Part shown: positions 51,777 to 64,000 of the stretch, piece by piece
Layout of the letters: each line of letters opens with the position of its first letter
How positions within the stretch are numbered: the first letter of the stretch is position 1
Source of the DNA: Mustelus asterias
Lineage: Eukaryota
DNA: 64,000 bases
Direction of reading: 5' to 3'
NCBI RefSeq assembly: GCF_964213995.1
Contig: NC_135808.1
Location: 51,026,001-51,090,000 of the forward strand
Position numbers and translations under genes: made by a program
The notes under the pieces: model-generated
The model's database searches: none
The model's input: only the letters and a program-made list of their open reading frames with translations
Told to the model about the DNA's origin: nothing

Positions 51777-53052
51777 ACACACAGCACCACCTCCTGTACT
51801 GACACATCCCACAGTTTAATATAATATATAATAATGGACACACAGTCCCACCTCCTGTACTGACACATCCCACAGTTTTATATAATATATAATAATGGAC
51901 ACACAGTCCCACCTCCTGTACTGACACATCCCACAGTTTTATATAATATATAATAATGGACACACAGTCCCACCTCCTGTACTGACACATCCCACAGTTT
52001 TATATAATATATAATAATGGACACACAGCACCACCTCCTGTACTGACACATCCCACAGTTTTATATAATATATAATAATGGACACACAGTCCCACCTCCT
52101 GTACTGACACATCCCACAGTTTTATATAATATATAATAATGGACACACAGTCCCACCTCTAGTACTGACACATCCCACAGTTTTATATAATATATAATAA
52201 TGGACACACAGTCCCACCTCCTGTACTGACACATCCCACAGTGTTATATAATATATAATAATGGACACACAGTCCCACCTCCTGTACTGACACATCCCAC
52301 AGTTTTATATAATATATAATAATGGACACACAGTCCCACCTCCTGTACTGACACATCCCACAGTTTTATATAATATATAATAATGGACATACAGTCCCAC
52401 CTCCTGTACTGACACATCCCACAGTTTTATATAATATATAATAATGGACACACAGCCCCACCTCCTGTACTGACACATCCCACAGTTTTATATAATATAT
52501 AATAATGGACACACAGCACCTCCTCCTGTACTGACACATCCCACAGTTTTATATAATATATAATAATGGACACACAGTCCCACCTCCTGTACTGACACAT
52601 CCCACAGTTTTATATAATATATAATAATGGACACACAGTCCCACCTCCTGTACTGACACATCCCACAGTTTTATATAATATATAATAATGGACACACAGT
52701 CCCACCTCCTGTACTGACACATCCCACAGTTTTATATAATATATAATAATGGACACACAGTCCCACCTCCTGTACTGACACATCCCACAGTTTTATATAA
52801 TATATAATAATGGACACACAGTCCCACCTCCTGTACTGACACATCCCACAGTTTTATATAATATATAATAATGGACACACAGTCCCACCTCCTGTACTGA
52901 CACATCCCACAGTTTTATATAATATATAATAATGGACACACAGTCCCACCTCCTGTACTGACACATCCCACAGTTTTATATAATATATAATAATGGACAC
53001 ACAGCACCACCTCCTGTACTGACACATCCCACAGTTTTATATAATATATAAT
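51777..53052. repeat. 61-bp minisatellite, about 21 copies
   Basis: Unit CACACAGTCCCACCTCCTGTACTGACACATCCCACAGTTTTATATAATATATAATAATGGA. Confidence 0.96.
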
Positions 53053-53228
53053 AAAGACAAGAAAGGAAACTGGACAAATTATTTGCACTGTCCACTACAC
53101 ACTCCAGTCCCTGTGGTGTCCACCGCTCGCTGAAGGCCTCGAGTTTCCCTCTTACTCTCCATGTCCACATATGAAGAGCAGCTGAAAGATTCATCATCTC
53201 AAATTAGAATTCTCAACTCTCCCGACAA

Positions 53229-53697
53229 NNNNNNNNNNNNNNNNNNNNNNNNNNNNNNNNNNNNNNNNNNNNNNNNNNNNNNNNNNNNNNNNNNNNNNNN
53301 NNNNNNNNNNNNNNNNNNNNNNNNNNNNNNNNNNNNNNNNNNNNNNNNNNNNNNNNNNNNNNNNNNNNNNNNNNNNNNNNNNNNNNNNNNNNNNNNNNNN
53401 NNNNNNNNNNNNNNNNNNNNNNNNNNNNNNNNNNNNNNNNNNNNNNNNNNNNNNNNNNNNNNNNNNNNNNNNNNNNNNNNNNNNNNNNNNNNNNNNNNNN
53501 NNNNNNNNNNNNNNNNNNNNNNNNNNNNNNNNNNNNNNNNNNNNNNNNNNNNNNNNNNNNNNNNNNNNNNNNNNNNNNNNNNNNNNNNNNNNNNNNNNNN
53601 NNNNNNNNNNNNNNNNNNNNNNNNNNNNNNNNNNNNNNNNNNNNNNNNNNNNNNNNNNNNNNNNNNNNNNNNNNNNNNNNNNNNNNNNNNNNNNNNN
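53229..53697. other. Assembly gap (469 N)
   Basis: Run of N between V and J. Confidence 1.
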
Positions 53698-53719
53698 AGT
53701 GAGTGAGGCAGAGAGCAGA

Positions 53720-53758
53720 GGTTTTTGTACAGCTCCTGCACTGGAAGCTGACAGTGTG
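53720..53758 (-). promoter_or_regulatory. 23-bp-spacer recombination signal sequence of J
   Basis: On the + strand: GGTTTTTGT + 23 nt + CAGTGTG (heptamer CACACTG, one mismatch, CAC intact). Confidence 0.96.
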
Positions 53759-53793
53759 CCTTACGTTCGGTAAAGGAACCAAACTCAGACTGA
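53759..53793 (+). CDS. IGKJ: Ig kappa-type J segment (LTFGKGTKLRL)
   Basis: FGXG motif; phase-1 donor A|GTAAGT at 53794. Confidence 0.96.
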
Positions 53794-54636
53794 GTAAGTA
53801 AAGCCCAATCCTCCGTTATTAACCCTTTCAATGCTGAAACTTTCTCAAAAACAAATGCTGAATAGTTGAAGGTGTTGGTGAGGAAGCTGCAGTCAATGAA
53901 ATGGTTGATTGAAGAACATTGTGTGGAACAGGGAGCCCAGCTGTATTTCTTTCCTTCCATTCCCCCCTTTAAGCGGCAAGATATAAGTAAGCAGCTTTTA
54001 CCCACCGTGTGGAGGAGATCTGGTCTTTTGCAGACTGTGCTCACATTCCTGCAGCATGGAGTGAAATCACTCTCTAGACTCCTGTCAGTCTCAGTGTGAC
54101 ACACACAGGCAGAGTTTGATGTGAAGTCGGACTCCCTGTCACACTCTCTGATATAACTGATCACAGCACCAGCACAGTGAGACACCGAGGTGCCACCTCC
54201 CCCAGCTTTCACTCTGCTCTCTCCACTCCCTGCTTATCTCTTGCTAAAGTTCTGATGACAAACAGCTACAGCAGGGCCCACAATCCAGTGGCTTCAGTGT
54301 TCCAGGCTTTTGGGGAGACTCTCAGTTACTTTCTCTCTGGGACGAGTTCAGTCCAATATTTATCCCGGATCCAACATCACTGAAAATGCTGATTGTTCTC
54401 ATTGCTGTGTGTGGGATCTTGCTGTGTACATGTTGTGACCAGTCCTCAGACAAGATCCCTCGTTTGTTAACGTCCTGAACCGGATCCCAATTTTGTTTTG
54501 CACCTGTGTGAGGAGTAATCAGCTGGATCCCTGACTTTATTCAACTCTGCCCTCGATTGGTCACAACAAGGTTCATTAAAATGGATCCCTTACACAGTCC
54601 ACGTAGTCCTTTATTCGCCATTGAATCGCTACAGTG

Positions 54637-54957
54637 CAGAATCATAGAATCATAGAATGCATACAGTGCAGAAAGAGCCCCTTCGGCCCATCAGATCTGT
54701 ACCGACGACAATCCCACCCAAGCCCTATTCCTGCAATCCCACGCATTTACCCTGTTAATACCCCCGACACGAGGATCAATTTATCATGGCCAATCAACTG
54801 CACATCTTTGGACTGTGGGAGGAAACCGGAGCACCTGGAGGAAACCCACGCAGACACGGGGAGAATGTGCAAACTCCACACAGACAGTGACCCAAGGCTG
54901 GAATTGACCTGGGACTCCAGCACTGTGAGGCAGCAGTGCTAACCACTGTGCCACCGT
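54637..54957 (-). mobile_element. HE1-like V-SINE; a second partial copy follows to ~55160
   Basis: Similarity to 5081-5415; (CATAGAAT)n tail. Confidence 0.85.
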
Positions 54958-55585
54958 GAATAGGAGACTATTCAGTCCATCGAATCTGCACTGACTCTCC
55001 TTAAGAGCTTCTTACCCAGGCTCCCCACCCTATCCCTGTAACCCTGCGCATTTACCATTGCTAATCCACTTAAAGAACACACTAGGGGCAATTTAACACG
55101 GCCAATCCATCTAACCTGTAGACCTGTGGACTGTGGGAAGAAACTGGACCATCCGGAGGAATGTCTCAACTCACATTCTGTCACACCCGCACCAGTACAC
55201 ACAGCTCAGGTGTGCAGTTGGTTTTTTAACCCATTTCCCTGTTGTTTCCTGAAAGTTAACAAACAAACATGTCTTTCACCCTCGAGTCAGTTTTCTTTGA
55301 ACTCAGACTATTTCCACATTCTGAGGTATAACTCAACAGGAGATGGGTTTTGGATGTCTGCTGAGATGTGACAATCAGTCCCCATTGTCTCCGTAACAAT
55401 CGGAGTTTAAAATTCACTCTTTGGCATTTTTGCTATCTGCATTTCTATTTTCTGTTTGAAGAAGTCCCTGACACCTTTCAGGTGTGACATTCCATCTACT
55501 CTCGGATCTCATCTATGAAATATAATCCACCTCAGAATTTTCCAGAAAGTGGTCAAGTTACATTCTCGGCCATCTTGGCTCAGCC

Positions 55586-56528
55586 ATAGTGTCATAGAGT
55601 TTTACATCACAGAAAGAGGCCCTTCAGCTCATCCGGTCTGTGCCAGGCATCAAGCACCTATCTATTCTGATCCCCTTTTCCAGCACTTGGTCCGTCGCCT
55701 TGTGTGCTGTAGCGTTTCAAGCGCTCATCTAAATGCTTCTTAAATGTTGTGAGGGTTCACACCTCCACCACCCTTTCAGGCAGTGAGATCCAGATTCCTA
55801 GCACCCTCTGGGTGAAAAAGTTTCTCCTCGAATCCCCTCAAGATCTCCTGCCTCTGAAATTAAATCTATGTCCCCTGGCTTTTGAACATTCTATTAAAAG
55901 GGGAAAAGTTTCCTCAAATCTACCCTGTCTCTGTCCCTCATGATTTTGTCTTACTGCAGTTATACAGGGCCTTGGTGAGGCCACACTGGGAATATTGTGC
56001 GTAGTTTTTGGTTTCCTTATCTGAGGAAAGATATTCTTACGACAGAAGAAGCGCAATAATGGTTTACCAGACTTATTCCTGGGATAGTGGATCTGACATA
56101 GGAGGAGAGATTGGTTAGGATTATATTCACTGCAGTTCAAAAGAATAAGAGAGGGGGGATCACATAGAAACCTATAAAATTCCAACAGGACTAGACAGGT
56201 TAGATGCAGGAAGGATGTTCCCGATGGTGAGCGTGTCCAGTTTGAGGGGTCACAGTCTGAGGATACGGAGTAAACCTTTTAGGACTGAGATGAGGAGAAA
56301 TTCCTTCACCCAGAGAGGGGTGAGCCTGTGGAATTCACTACCACAGAAAGCAGTTGAGGCCAAAACATTGCATGTTTTCAAGAAGGAGTTCGGGAAATCT
56401 CTTGGGGTGAATGGGCTCAAAGCATTTTGGGGAAGGCAGGATCTGGCTACTGATTGGATGATCAGCCATGATCATAATGAATAGTGGCCAAATGGCCTCC
56501 TCCTGTTCCTACTTTTTGTGATTCTATA
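55586..56528. mobile_element. Two CR1 3' fragments in opposite orientation (minus ~55586-55945, plus ~55950-56528)
   Basis: ARGHRF on the minus strand; RGHSLRI..FRTEMRRN..LWNSLP on the plus strand; both end in CR1-type tails. Confidence 0.8.
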
Positions 56529-56530
56529 CA

Positions 56531-58095
56531 GACCAGCATTTATTACCCATCCCTAATTGCCCTGGTGAAGATGGTGCTGAGGTGGTGGAGTTAGTTCTAC
56601 TCCAATGAGTATTGGCCCAACCTGCTCAAGCTTTCCTCATAAGACAATCCATTACTCAGTGGAATCAGCCTCGTGAACCTTCTCTGAACTCTTTCCAATG
56701 CTACTATCCTTCCTTAAGTATGGAGACCAAAAGTGTCCATGATATTCCAGGTGTGATTTTCCCAACGTGCTGTACAGCTGTAGTAAGACATCCCTACGTT
56801 TATACTCATCTTCATTGGAATGAAGAGCAACATTCCATTTGCCTTCCTAATTTTTTGCTGTTCCTGGATGCAAAGACACCCAGATCACTCGATAGAATCT
56901 CTCCAGTTTACTAGTATTCTGCTCAATCCTCCTGCCAAAGTGGACAACCTCACATTTTCCCACATTATACTCCATCTGTCAATGTTTTCCCACTCACTGA
57001 ACCTATCTCTATTCCTTTTCAGACTCTGCATCCTCCTCACAACTTGCATTCCTACTTATCATTTTATCATCAGCAAATTTAGCGACAATCCTCTCATTCC
57101 CTTCATCCAGCTCATTAATATAGATTGTAGAGTTAAACCCCAAACAACAACCATCTTCCTTTGTGCTGGGTATGACTCCAGCCAGCAGAGAGTTTCCCCC
57201 CTGATCCCATTGACTCCAGTTTTGCGAGGGCTCCTTGATGCCACACTCGGTCAAATGCTGCCTTGATGTCAAGGGCAGTCACTCTCACCTCACCTCTGGA
57301 GTTCAGCTCTTTTGTCCATGTTTGAACCAAGGCTGTAATGAGGACAGGAGCTGAGTGACCCTGGCGGAACCCAAACTGAGTGTCAGTGAGCAGGTTATTG
57401 CAGAGTAAGTGTTGCCGATATATTCAGATCATATTGCTGATGATCGAGCGTAGACTGATGGAGCGGTTATTGTACAGATTGGATTTGTCCTGCTATTTAT
57501 ACAGGAGATACCTGGGAAGTTTTCCACATGTCCGGGTAGATGCCAGTGTTGTAGTTGTACTGGAACAGCTTGGCAAGGGGCGTGGAAATTTCTGGAACAA
57601 AAGTCTTCAGGACTATTGCTGAAATATTGTTAGGGCCCATAGCCTTTGCAGTATCCAGTGCCTTCAGCCGTTTCTTGATATCATGTGGAGTGAATCAAAT
57701 TGGCTGAAGACTGACATCTGTGATGTTGGAGACCTCCAGAGGAGGTCGAGATGGATCATCCACGCGGCACTTCTGGCTGAAGATTGCTGCAAATGCTTCA
57801 GCCTTATCTTTTGCACTGATGTTCTGGGTTCCTCCGTCATTGAGGATGGGGATATTTGTGGAGCCTCCTCCTCCAGTGAGTTGTTTAATTGTCCACCACC
57901 ATTCACTGGATGTGGCAGGACTGCAGAGCTTAGATCTGATCCATTGGTTGTGGGATGGTTTAGCTCTGTCTATCACTTGCTGCTTCTGCTGTTTGACACA
58001 CAGTCCTGTGTTGTAGCTTCACCAGGTTAACACCTCATTTTTCAGTATGTCTGCTGTTGCTCCTGCCATGTCCTCCTGCACTCTTCATTGAACTG
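56531..58095 (-). mobile_element. Decayed L2/CR1-superfamily LINE (same family as 46300-49035), with a CR1 fragment at ~56590-57128
   Basis: WTKELNSRGEVRVTALDIKAAFDRVWHQG; tail reverse complement at 56531-56575; KFADDK-bearing CR1 piece in between. Confidence 0.82.
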
Positions 58096-58444
58096 AAAGC
58101 AGCAGAGAATCCACAGAAACAGACTGATGTTTGTCTGGTTTGTCTGTGTGTTTATTAGCTGTGACTGAGCAGATAGCAAGAGTTTCAGCAGCAACAAAGA
58201 CATTTCTCTAGTTCACCTCCCACTTTCCGCATCCACTTCCAAAATCCTCATGGGGAAAGGGCTCAGCACCTGTCAGTGACTGATTAAATGTCCCCCCTCT
58301 AGACTACAGGCCTCCCATAATCTGCTCTCCATCTCTCTCCTGAAGACACTCTCTCTGGCTGGGGAACAGCTCCACCCTCCCCAAGTTGCCTCATTCCTCC
58401 AAGTGTGAGGCAGGAGGGTGAAGATGGCAGCCTATTGGAGCATG

Positions 58445-58840
58445 AGGTGTCAGCCGTACCTTAGTGGCTAACACTCTTGCCTCTGAGTCACAGTGTTGTG
58501 GCTTCAAATCCCATTCCTGACGCTTGAGCACATCATCCAGGCTGAGATCCAGTGCAGTATTGAGCGAGTGCTGCACTGTCAGAGGTGCCGTCTTTCAGAT
58601 GAGACAAACTGATATCTGTCCTCTCAGGGGGTGTGAAAGATTCCATGGTACCATTGGAAGAAGAGCAGGGGAGTTCACCCCGATGTACTGGTCAATATTT
58701 ATCCCCCAATCAACATCACTACAAATCTGCTTATCTGTTCATTCTCACTCTGCTCCCCGGGATCTTGCTGTGCCCAATGAGCTGTAAAACACTTTGGGAC
58801 ATTCTGAGGTGGTGACAGGTGCTATAGAAATGTAATTCTG
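58445..58840 (+). mobile_element. Deu-domain tRNA SINE (SacSINE1-like)
   Basis: GAGGTGCCGTCTTTCAGATGAGAC..GAAGAAGAGCAGGGGAGTT..CAATATTTATCCC central domain; GGTGCTATAGAAATG tail; recognised from memory. Confidence 0.75.
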
Positions 58841-59334
58841 TCTCGCACCCTCAAGGGGTCATGCTGTCATTTGGAGCAGTGACCCTGTCTGACTCCTGGA
58901 CACTGGGACTAATTCTAGCCTCACCCTTGACCTCAGCCAAGTGCTGTGCGGTAAGGTTTGAAATGAAATCTAGAAGCTTCTACACTGACAGCCAATCAGA
59001 ATGCTGTGTGAACTGTGTTGATCCAAGTCTGCTGCAATGTTCTGGGATAAAGTTCTCCTGATCTGTGTGTGATCTGAGATTTGTTGATGCTCAACCTGTT
59101 TCCCCCAGACAGACTGAGCAATAGTTCCAGCTTCCTGACTGGTTAACAGTCTCTTAAAGGGACACTGTGTCTTTAAATACTCTCACTATTAACCATTTCA
59201 GTGCTGAATTTGTAGTAACCTTCTTTACAGATGTTTCAGTGACATTGCAAAATGATTCAACCAGCTTCAAATCAAACCTTTACCCCAGACACTGAACTAC
59301 TTTGAAATCCAACTTGTCACTTTCCCTCGGACCC

Positions 59335-60030
59335 CATCAGCTTTTAATTTTAAACAATGGTACAGCATTATCCGTCCTCCAGTCCTCCCACACCACACCT
59401 GTAGCCAGAGAGGATTGGGAAATAATGGTCAGAGTCTCTGCTATTTCTTCCCGTGCTTCCCTTCGCATCCTGGGATACATTTCACCCGGGCCTGGGAATT
59501 TTTCCACTTTCAAAGATGATAAGCACATTAATACCTCCTCTCTCACTATCATTATCCAATTAATTATTTCACAATCTCTCTCCTCCTGAACTACAATGTC
59601 AACTTTGTCCCTCTCATTTGTGATATCTGATGTAAATTATTCGTTCAGAACCATCTCTTTGCCTTCCCCCTCCAACACAAGTTATCATTTTGCTCTCTAA
59701 TCAGCCCTATTCATTCCTTAGTTATCCTCCTTGCAATGTCCCACGCTATTGCTTGATGAACATATTTGTTCTGAACTCTATCTCCAGCTCGAATATCTTC
59801 CCACTGCTCTGACACTGATTTACCTTCAAGTCGCTGTTTCTCGTTCATTTTGACAAATTCCGGTTTCGTAAAATTGGCCTTGCCCCAATTTCAAAATTTT
59901 ACTCTTGGTCGATCTTTCCCTTTTTCAATAAGCACTCAAAATCTAACTGTATTATGATCACTATTACCCAAGTTCTCTCCAACTGATACACCTTCCACAT
60001 GCTGAGATTCATTCTCAATAACCTCCTAAA
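59335..60030 (-). mobile_element. Decayed CR1 ORF2 fragment
   Basis: KFPGPGEMYPR..EDWRTDNAVPLFK. Confidence 0.75.
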
Positions 60031-60044
60031 ATTGCTGCAGGCCC

Positions 60045-60363
60045 AGGCAGCACGGTGACACAGTGGTTAGCACTGCTGCCTCACAGCTTCAGGGACCTGG
60101 GTTCGATTCCCGGCTCGGGTCACTGTCTGTGTGGAATCTGCACATTCTCCTTGTGTCTGCGTGGGTTTACTCCCACAGTCCAAAGGCGTGCGAGTTAGGT
60201 GCATTGGCTATGCTAAATTGCCCCTTAATGTCCCAGGATATGTCGGTCAGAGGGATTAGTGGGGTAAAATGTGGGATTACAGGGATGGGGCCTGGGTGGG
60301 ATTGTTATCGGTGCAGACTCGATGGGCCAAATGGCCTCTTTCTGCACAGTAGGGATTCTATGA
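60045..60363 (+). mobile_element. HE1-like V-SINE
   Basis: A/B boxes and a CR1-type tail ending TTCTATGA. Confidence 0.85.
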
Positions 60364-60527
60364 TTTTTGTTGGGACTGTTCCGTACTGGTTAAAACAGTT
60401 CCCCCGGAATGGATTTGCAGAATTGTGTAACGTTGAAACATTGACACTGATTTGATCCCAGTCAATATTCGGGAAGTTGAAATCCCTGAAAATGGCAGCG
60501 ATTAAAATTCCTTCTCTTCTCTTTCAG

Positions 60528-60856
60528 CCCGTGAGAATTCACAACCCACGCTGACCCTGCTGCCCCCCTCCCCGGAGGAGGTCAAGACCAAGGGCATTGC
60601 CACCCTGGTGTGCCTTGCCAATCACTTCTATCCCGATGAGGTGGAGGTGAAGTGGAAGAAGGATGGTGCAGCCATTTCCAACGGGGTTCAGACCAGCAAC
60701 TACCTGCGAGCTTCAGACAACACCTACAGCGTCAGCAGCCTGCTGACCCTCTCTGGCTCCGACTGGGAGTCCAACGCCCGCTTCTCCTGTGCCCTCACCC
60801 ACGTGAGCCTCTCCTCGCCTCTCAGCAAGAGCGTCAGGAGATCAGAATGTGCCTAG
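60528..60856 (+). CDS. IGKC: Ig kappa-type constant exon
   Basis: Acceptor TTCTCTTTCAG; (T)RENSQPTLTLLPPS..ATLVCLANHFYP..VKWK..YSVSSLLTL..FSCALTH..RSECA*; phase matches the J donor; penultimate Cys for the interchain bond. Confidence 0.97.
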
Positions 60857-61286
60857 AGTGTTAGAGACAGTCCACAGAGGAGACACAACTTGGAATAGAA
60901 CAGGGGTGAGCTGGGAGGGCAAAGGTCACTGTCAGCACTGAATTACAACTCTCGTCCTTCTCGGGACTGGGTCTGAGACACTTCTGAGGGTCAGAGGTTA
61001 ATGCATGTTTTTGCAATAGTGTAGAGGGAGCTTTACTCTGTATTAACCCTGTGCTGTTCCTGTCCTGGAGTGTTTGATGGGGACAGTGCAGACTCATGAT
61101 AACAAGTTAAACCCGTGGAAGATGCTGAAGAGTGTCAGCTGTACAATAATAATGTGACCCTGTGAAGTGTCTGCTTCAGTAAACCAGACCTCCTTCCTGC
61201 TCACCCTGCAGTTACAATTGAAGCTTTAGTCACTGTTTAAAGGGACAGGATTCTCATGTTATTGAGAAAATCTCCACAAGTGTTTT

Positions 61287-61375
61287 AATAAACCTCCATT
61301 CTCCCTGTGAATTTCTCCAGCTTCCTCTGGCTGGGCTGTTTTTTCTGTCAATGTCAATGTGTAAAAGGTAATAAA
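61287..61375 (+). terminator. Candidate polyadenylation signals of the light-chain gene
   Basis: AATAAA at 61287-61292 and 61370-61375; the second is followed by GT-rich sequence. Confidence 0.6.
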
Positions 61376-61764
61376 CATTAAGAATATTCCGTTTCTGTCT
61401 GGTGAGTGCTTTGGAAATGTCCCACCTCCCCATCAGCTGATTGGCTGCATTTCACCAAGAGATTGTCCTGATTGGCTGCTTGGCCTGTCAATCAATGACA
61501 CATCAGCAGAAGATTGGATTCAAAGCCAATGATCATTCATTTGAAACTGATCAGTTTGATCTGGAATCTCGAGTGACAAGATTGAAAACAGAGAAGAAAC
61601 TGAAAGTTGCTGGGATTAAACCATCACAATCACAATTCTCCACCCCATATTCTTGCGTTGACAAGATTGAAAACACCTCCGACAGTGCAGCGTTACTTCA
61701 CTATATCACTAGCGTTGATTTTTGCACTTAGGCCTTGGTGTGGAAATTGAGAGAAGAACATTGA

Positions 61765-62058
61765 TTGGTGACAGTGGTTAGCACTACTGCCTCACAGTGC
61801 CAGGGACCCAGGTTCAATTCTCACCTTTGGTCACTGTCTGTGTGGAGTTTGCATGTTCTCCCCATGTCTTTGCAGGTTTCCTCGCACAATCCAAAGATGT
61901 GCGGGTTAAGTGGATTGGCCATGCTAATTGTGCAGTGTTACGGGGATAGGGATTGGGGCTGGGGATGGGGATTGGGGCTGGGGGGAATGGACCTGGGTGA
62001 GATGCTCTTTCAAAGGATCAGTGCAGACTCGATGGGCCGAATGGACTTCTTCTGCATT
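61765..62058 (+). mobile_element. HE1-like V-SINE, diverged
   Basis: CAGTGGTTAGCAC head and GACTCGATGGGCCGAATGG tail. Confidence 0.8.
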
Positions 62059-62060
62059 AA

Positions 62061-63510
62061 GAACATAAGAACTAGAAGCAGGAGTAGGCCATCTGGCCCC
62101 TTGAGCCTGCTCCGCCATTCAGTAAGATCATGGCTGTTCTTTTTGTGGACTCAGCTCCACTTACCCGCCCGCTCACCATAGCCCTTAATTCCTTTACTGT
62201 TCAAAACTTTATCTATCCTTGCCTTAACAACATTCAATGAGGCAGCCTCAACTGCTTCACTGGGCAGGGAATTCCACAGATTCACAACCCTTTGTGTGAA
62301 GAAGTTCCTCCTCAACTCAGTCCTAAATCTGCTTCCCCTTATTTTGAGGCTATGCCCCCGAGTTCTAGTTTCACCTGCCAGTGGAAACAACTTCCCTGCT
62401 TCTATCCTATCTATTCCCTTCATAATCTTATATGTTTCTATCAGATCTCCCCTCATTCTTCTGAATTCCAATGAGTATAGTCCCAGTCTACTCAGTCTCT
62501 CCTCATAAGCCAACCCTCTCAACTCCGGAATCAACCTAGTGAATCTCCACTGCACCCTCTCCAGTGCCAGTATATCCTTTCTCAAGTAAGGAGACCAAAA
62601 CTGTACACAGTACTCCAGGTGTGGCCTCAACAGCACCTTATACAGCTGCAACATAATCTTGCTGTTTTTAAACTCCATCCCTCTAGCAATGAAGGACAAA
62701 ATTCCATTTGGCTTCTTAATTACCTGCTGCACCAGCAAACCAACTCCCTGAGATTCCTGCACAAGGAAACCCAGATCCCTCTGCACAGCAGCATGCTGCA
62801 ATTTTTTACCATTTAAATAATAGTCCATTTTGCTGTTATTCCTACCAAAATGGATGACCTCACATTTACCAACATTGTACTCCATCTGCCAGACCCTCGC
62901 CCACTCACTTAGACTATCTATATCCGTTTGCAGACTTTCAGCGTCCTCTGCACACTTTGCTCTTCCACCCATCTTAATGTCATCTGCGAATTTTGACACA
63001 CTACACTTGGTCCCCAACTCCAAATCACCTATGTAAATCGTAAACAATTGTGGTCCCAACATTGATCCCTGAGGCACACCACTAGTCACTGATCGCCAAC
63101 CAGAAAAACACCCATTTACCCCCACTCTTTGCTTTCTGTTAGTTAACCAATCCTCTATCCATGCTAATACATTACCGTAACACCGTGCACCTTTATCTTA
63201 TGTAGCAGTCTTTGGTGCGGCACCTTGTCAAATGCCTTCTGGAAATCCAGATACACCACATCCACAGGTTCCCTATCGTCCATTGCACATGTAATGTTCT
63301 CAAAGAATTCCACCAAATTAGTCAAACATGACCTGCCCTTCATGAACCCATGCTGTGTCTTACCAATGGGACAATTTATATCCAGATGTCTCGCTATTTC
63401 TTCCTTGATGATAGATTCAAGCATTTTCCCTACTACAGAAGTTAAGCTAACCGGCCGATAGTTACCCGCCTTTTGTCCACCTCCTTTTTTAAACAGTGGC
63501 GTCACATTTG
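62061..63510 (-). mobile_element. 5'-truncated CR1 (RT to 3' tail), one frameshift near 63180
   Basis: NYRPVSL, YLDFQKAFD, GVPQGS and FADD motifs in ORFs 63164..63505 and 62151..63125. Confidence 0.92.
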
Positions 63511-64000
63511 TATTGTTGGTATTCTATTGGTTCAGAGGTATCAACCGAACCAGAGCTGACACAAAAAGAGGAGACAAAACAACAATAAAATGATCACTTG
63601 AAAACTATTTAAATCGAGGGAAATAAAACATTGGGATATACGTAGAGAGTGAAGATAGAAGCTAAAATATTCTGAAACAACTTCCCGTTCACAAAATTCA
63701 GAAAAAAACAGTTTAATGGACCAATTGTTGAATGATACAGCAAAATTGTGACATTTTTTAGGGTGAGTTCTGTTATGCATTAACAATGAATCGTATTGCC
63801 ATTAAAAACCCAGCTACACTCGATTGAATGGGGTGTACTCGTTTCAGAAGTTTCTAACAATAGTGTGGGATTGGGAACGTTGAAGGTCTGACTGCTTTCA
63901 ATCGGTGCTGGATCTCGTGGGATGCTGGTGGGTTGATTGTGGAGGGTGGTGGTGGTGGGGGGTGGGTGTGCTCGAGGCATGATTGTGGAGGGGGGGTGCA

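Noticed and set aside
54173-54179. Isolated CACAGTG in the J-C intron as an analog of the kappa intron RSS/KDE system
   Set aside because: One heptamer is expected by chance in 6.7 kb, others occur in SINE heads, and I saw no downstream 23-RSS partner in the window.
53161-54212. ORFs spanning the N run
   Set aside because: Artefacts of translating Ns.

Overview
Vertebrate genomic DNA, almost certainly from an elasmobranch (shark-type tRNA-derived V-SINEs, CR1 and Penelope elements, cluster-type Ig gene). There are three zones. (1) 1-16.1 kb is a stack of retroelements: a nearly complete but disabled Ty3/Gypsy element whose primer-binding site is complementary to its own LTR rather than to a tRNA, Penelope fragments with hammerhead cores, SINEs, and a three-level nest (Gypsy LTR < CR1 < CR1 with an open ORF2). 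(2) 16.1-45.5 kb is a 29.4-kb tandem array of about 545 copies of a 54-bp unit. Most units carry an RSS-type heptamer (CACTGTG), and one + strand frame is stop-free apart from six copies of a 2-bp deletion. (3) 45.5-64 kb holds one apparently intact, unrearranged immunoglobulin kappa-type light-chain cluster (leader, V-12RSS, 23RSS-J, C). A 61-bp minisatellite and a 469-N gap lie between V and J, and LINE/SINE debris surrounds the gene. All calls were made by eye and no database search was run.
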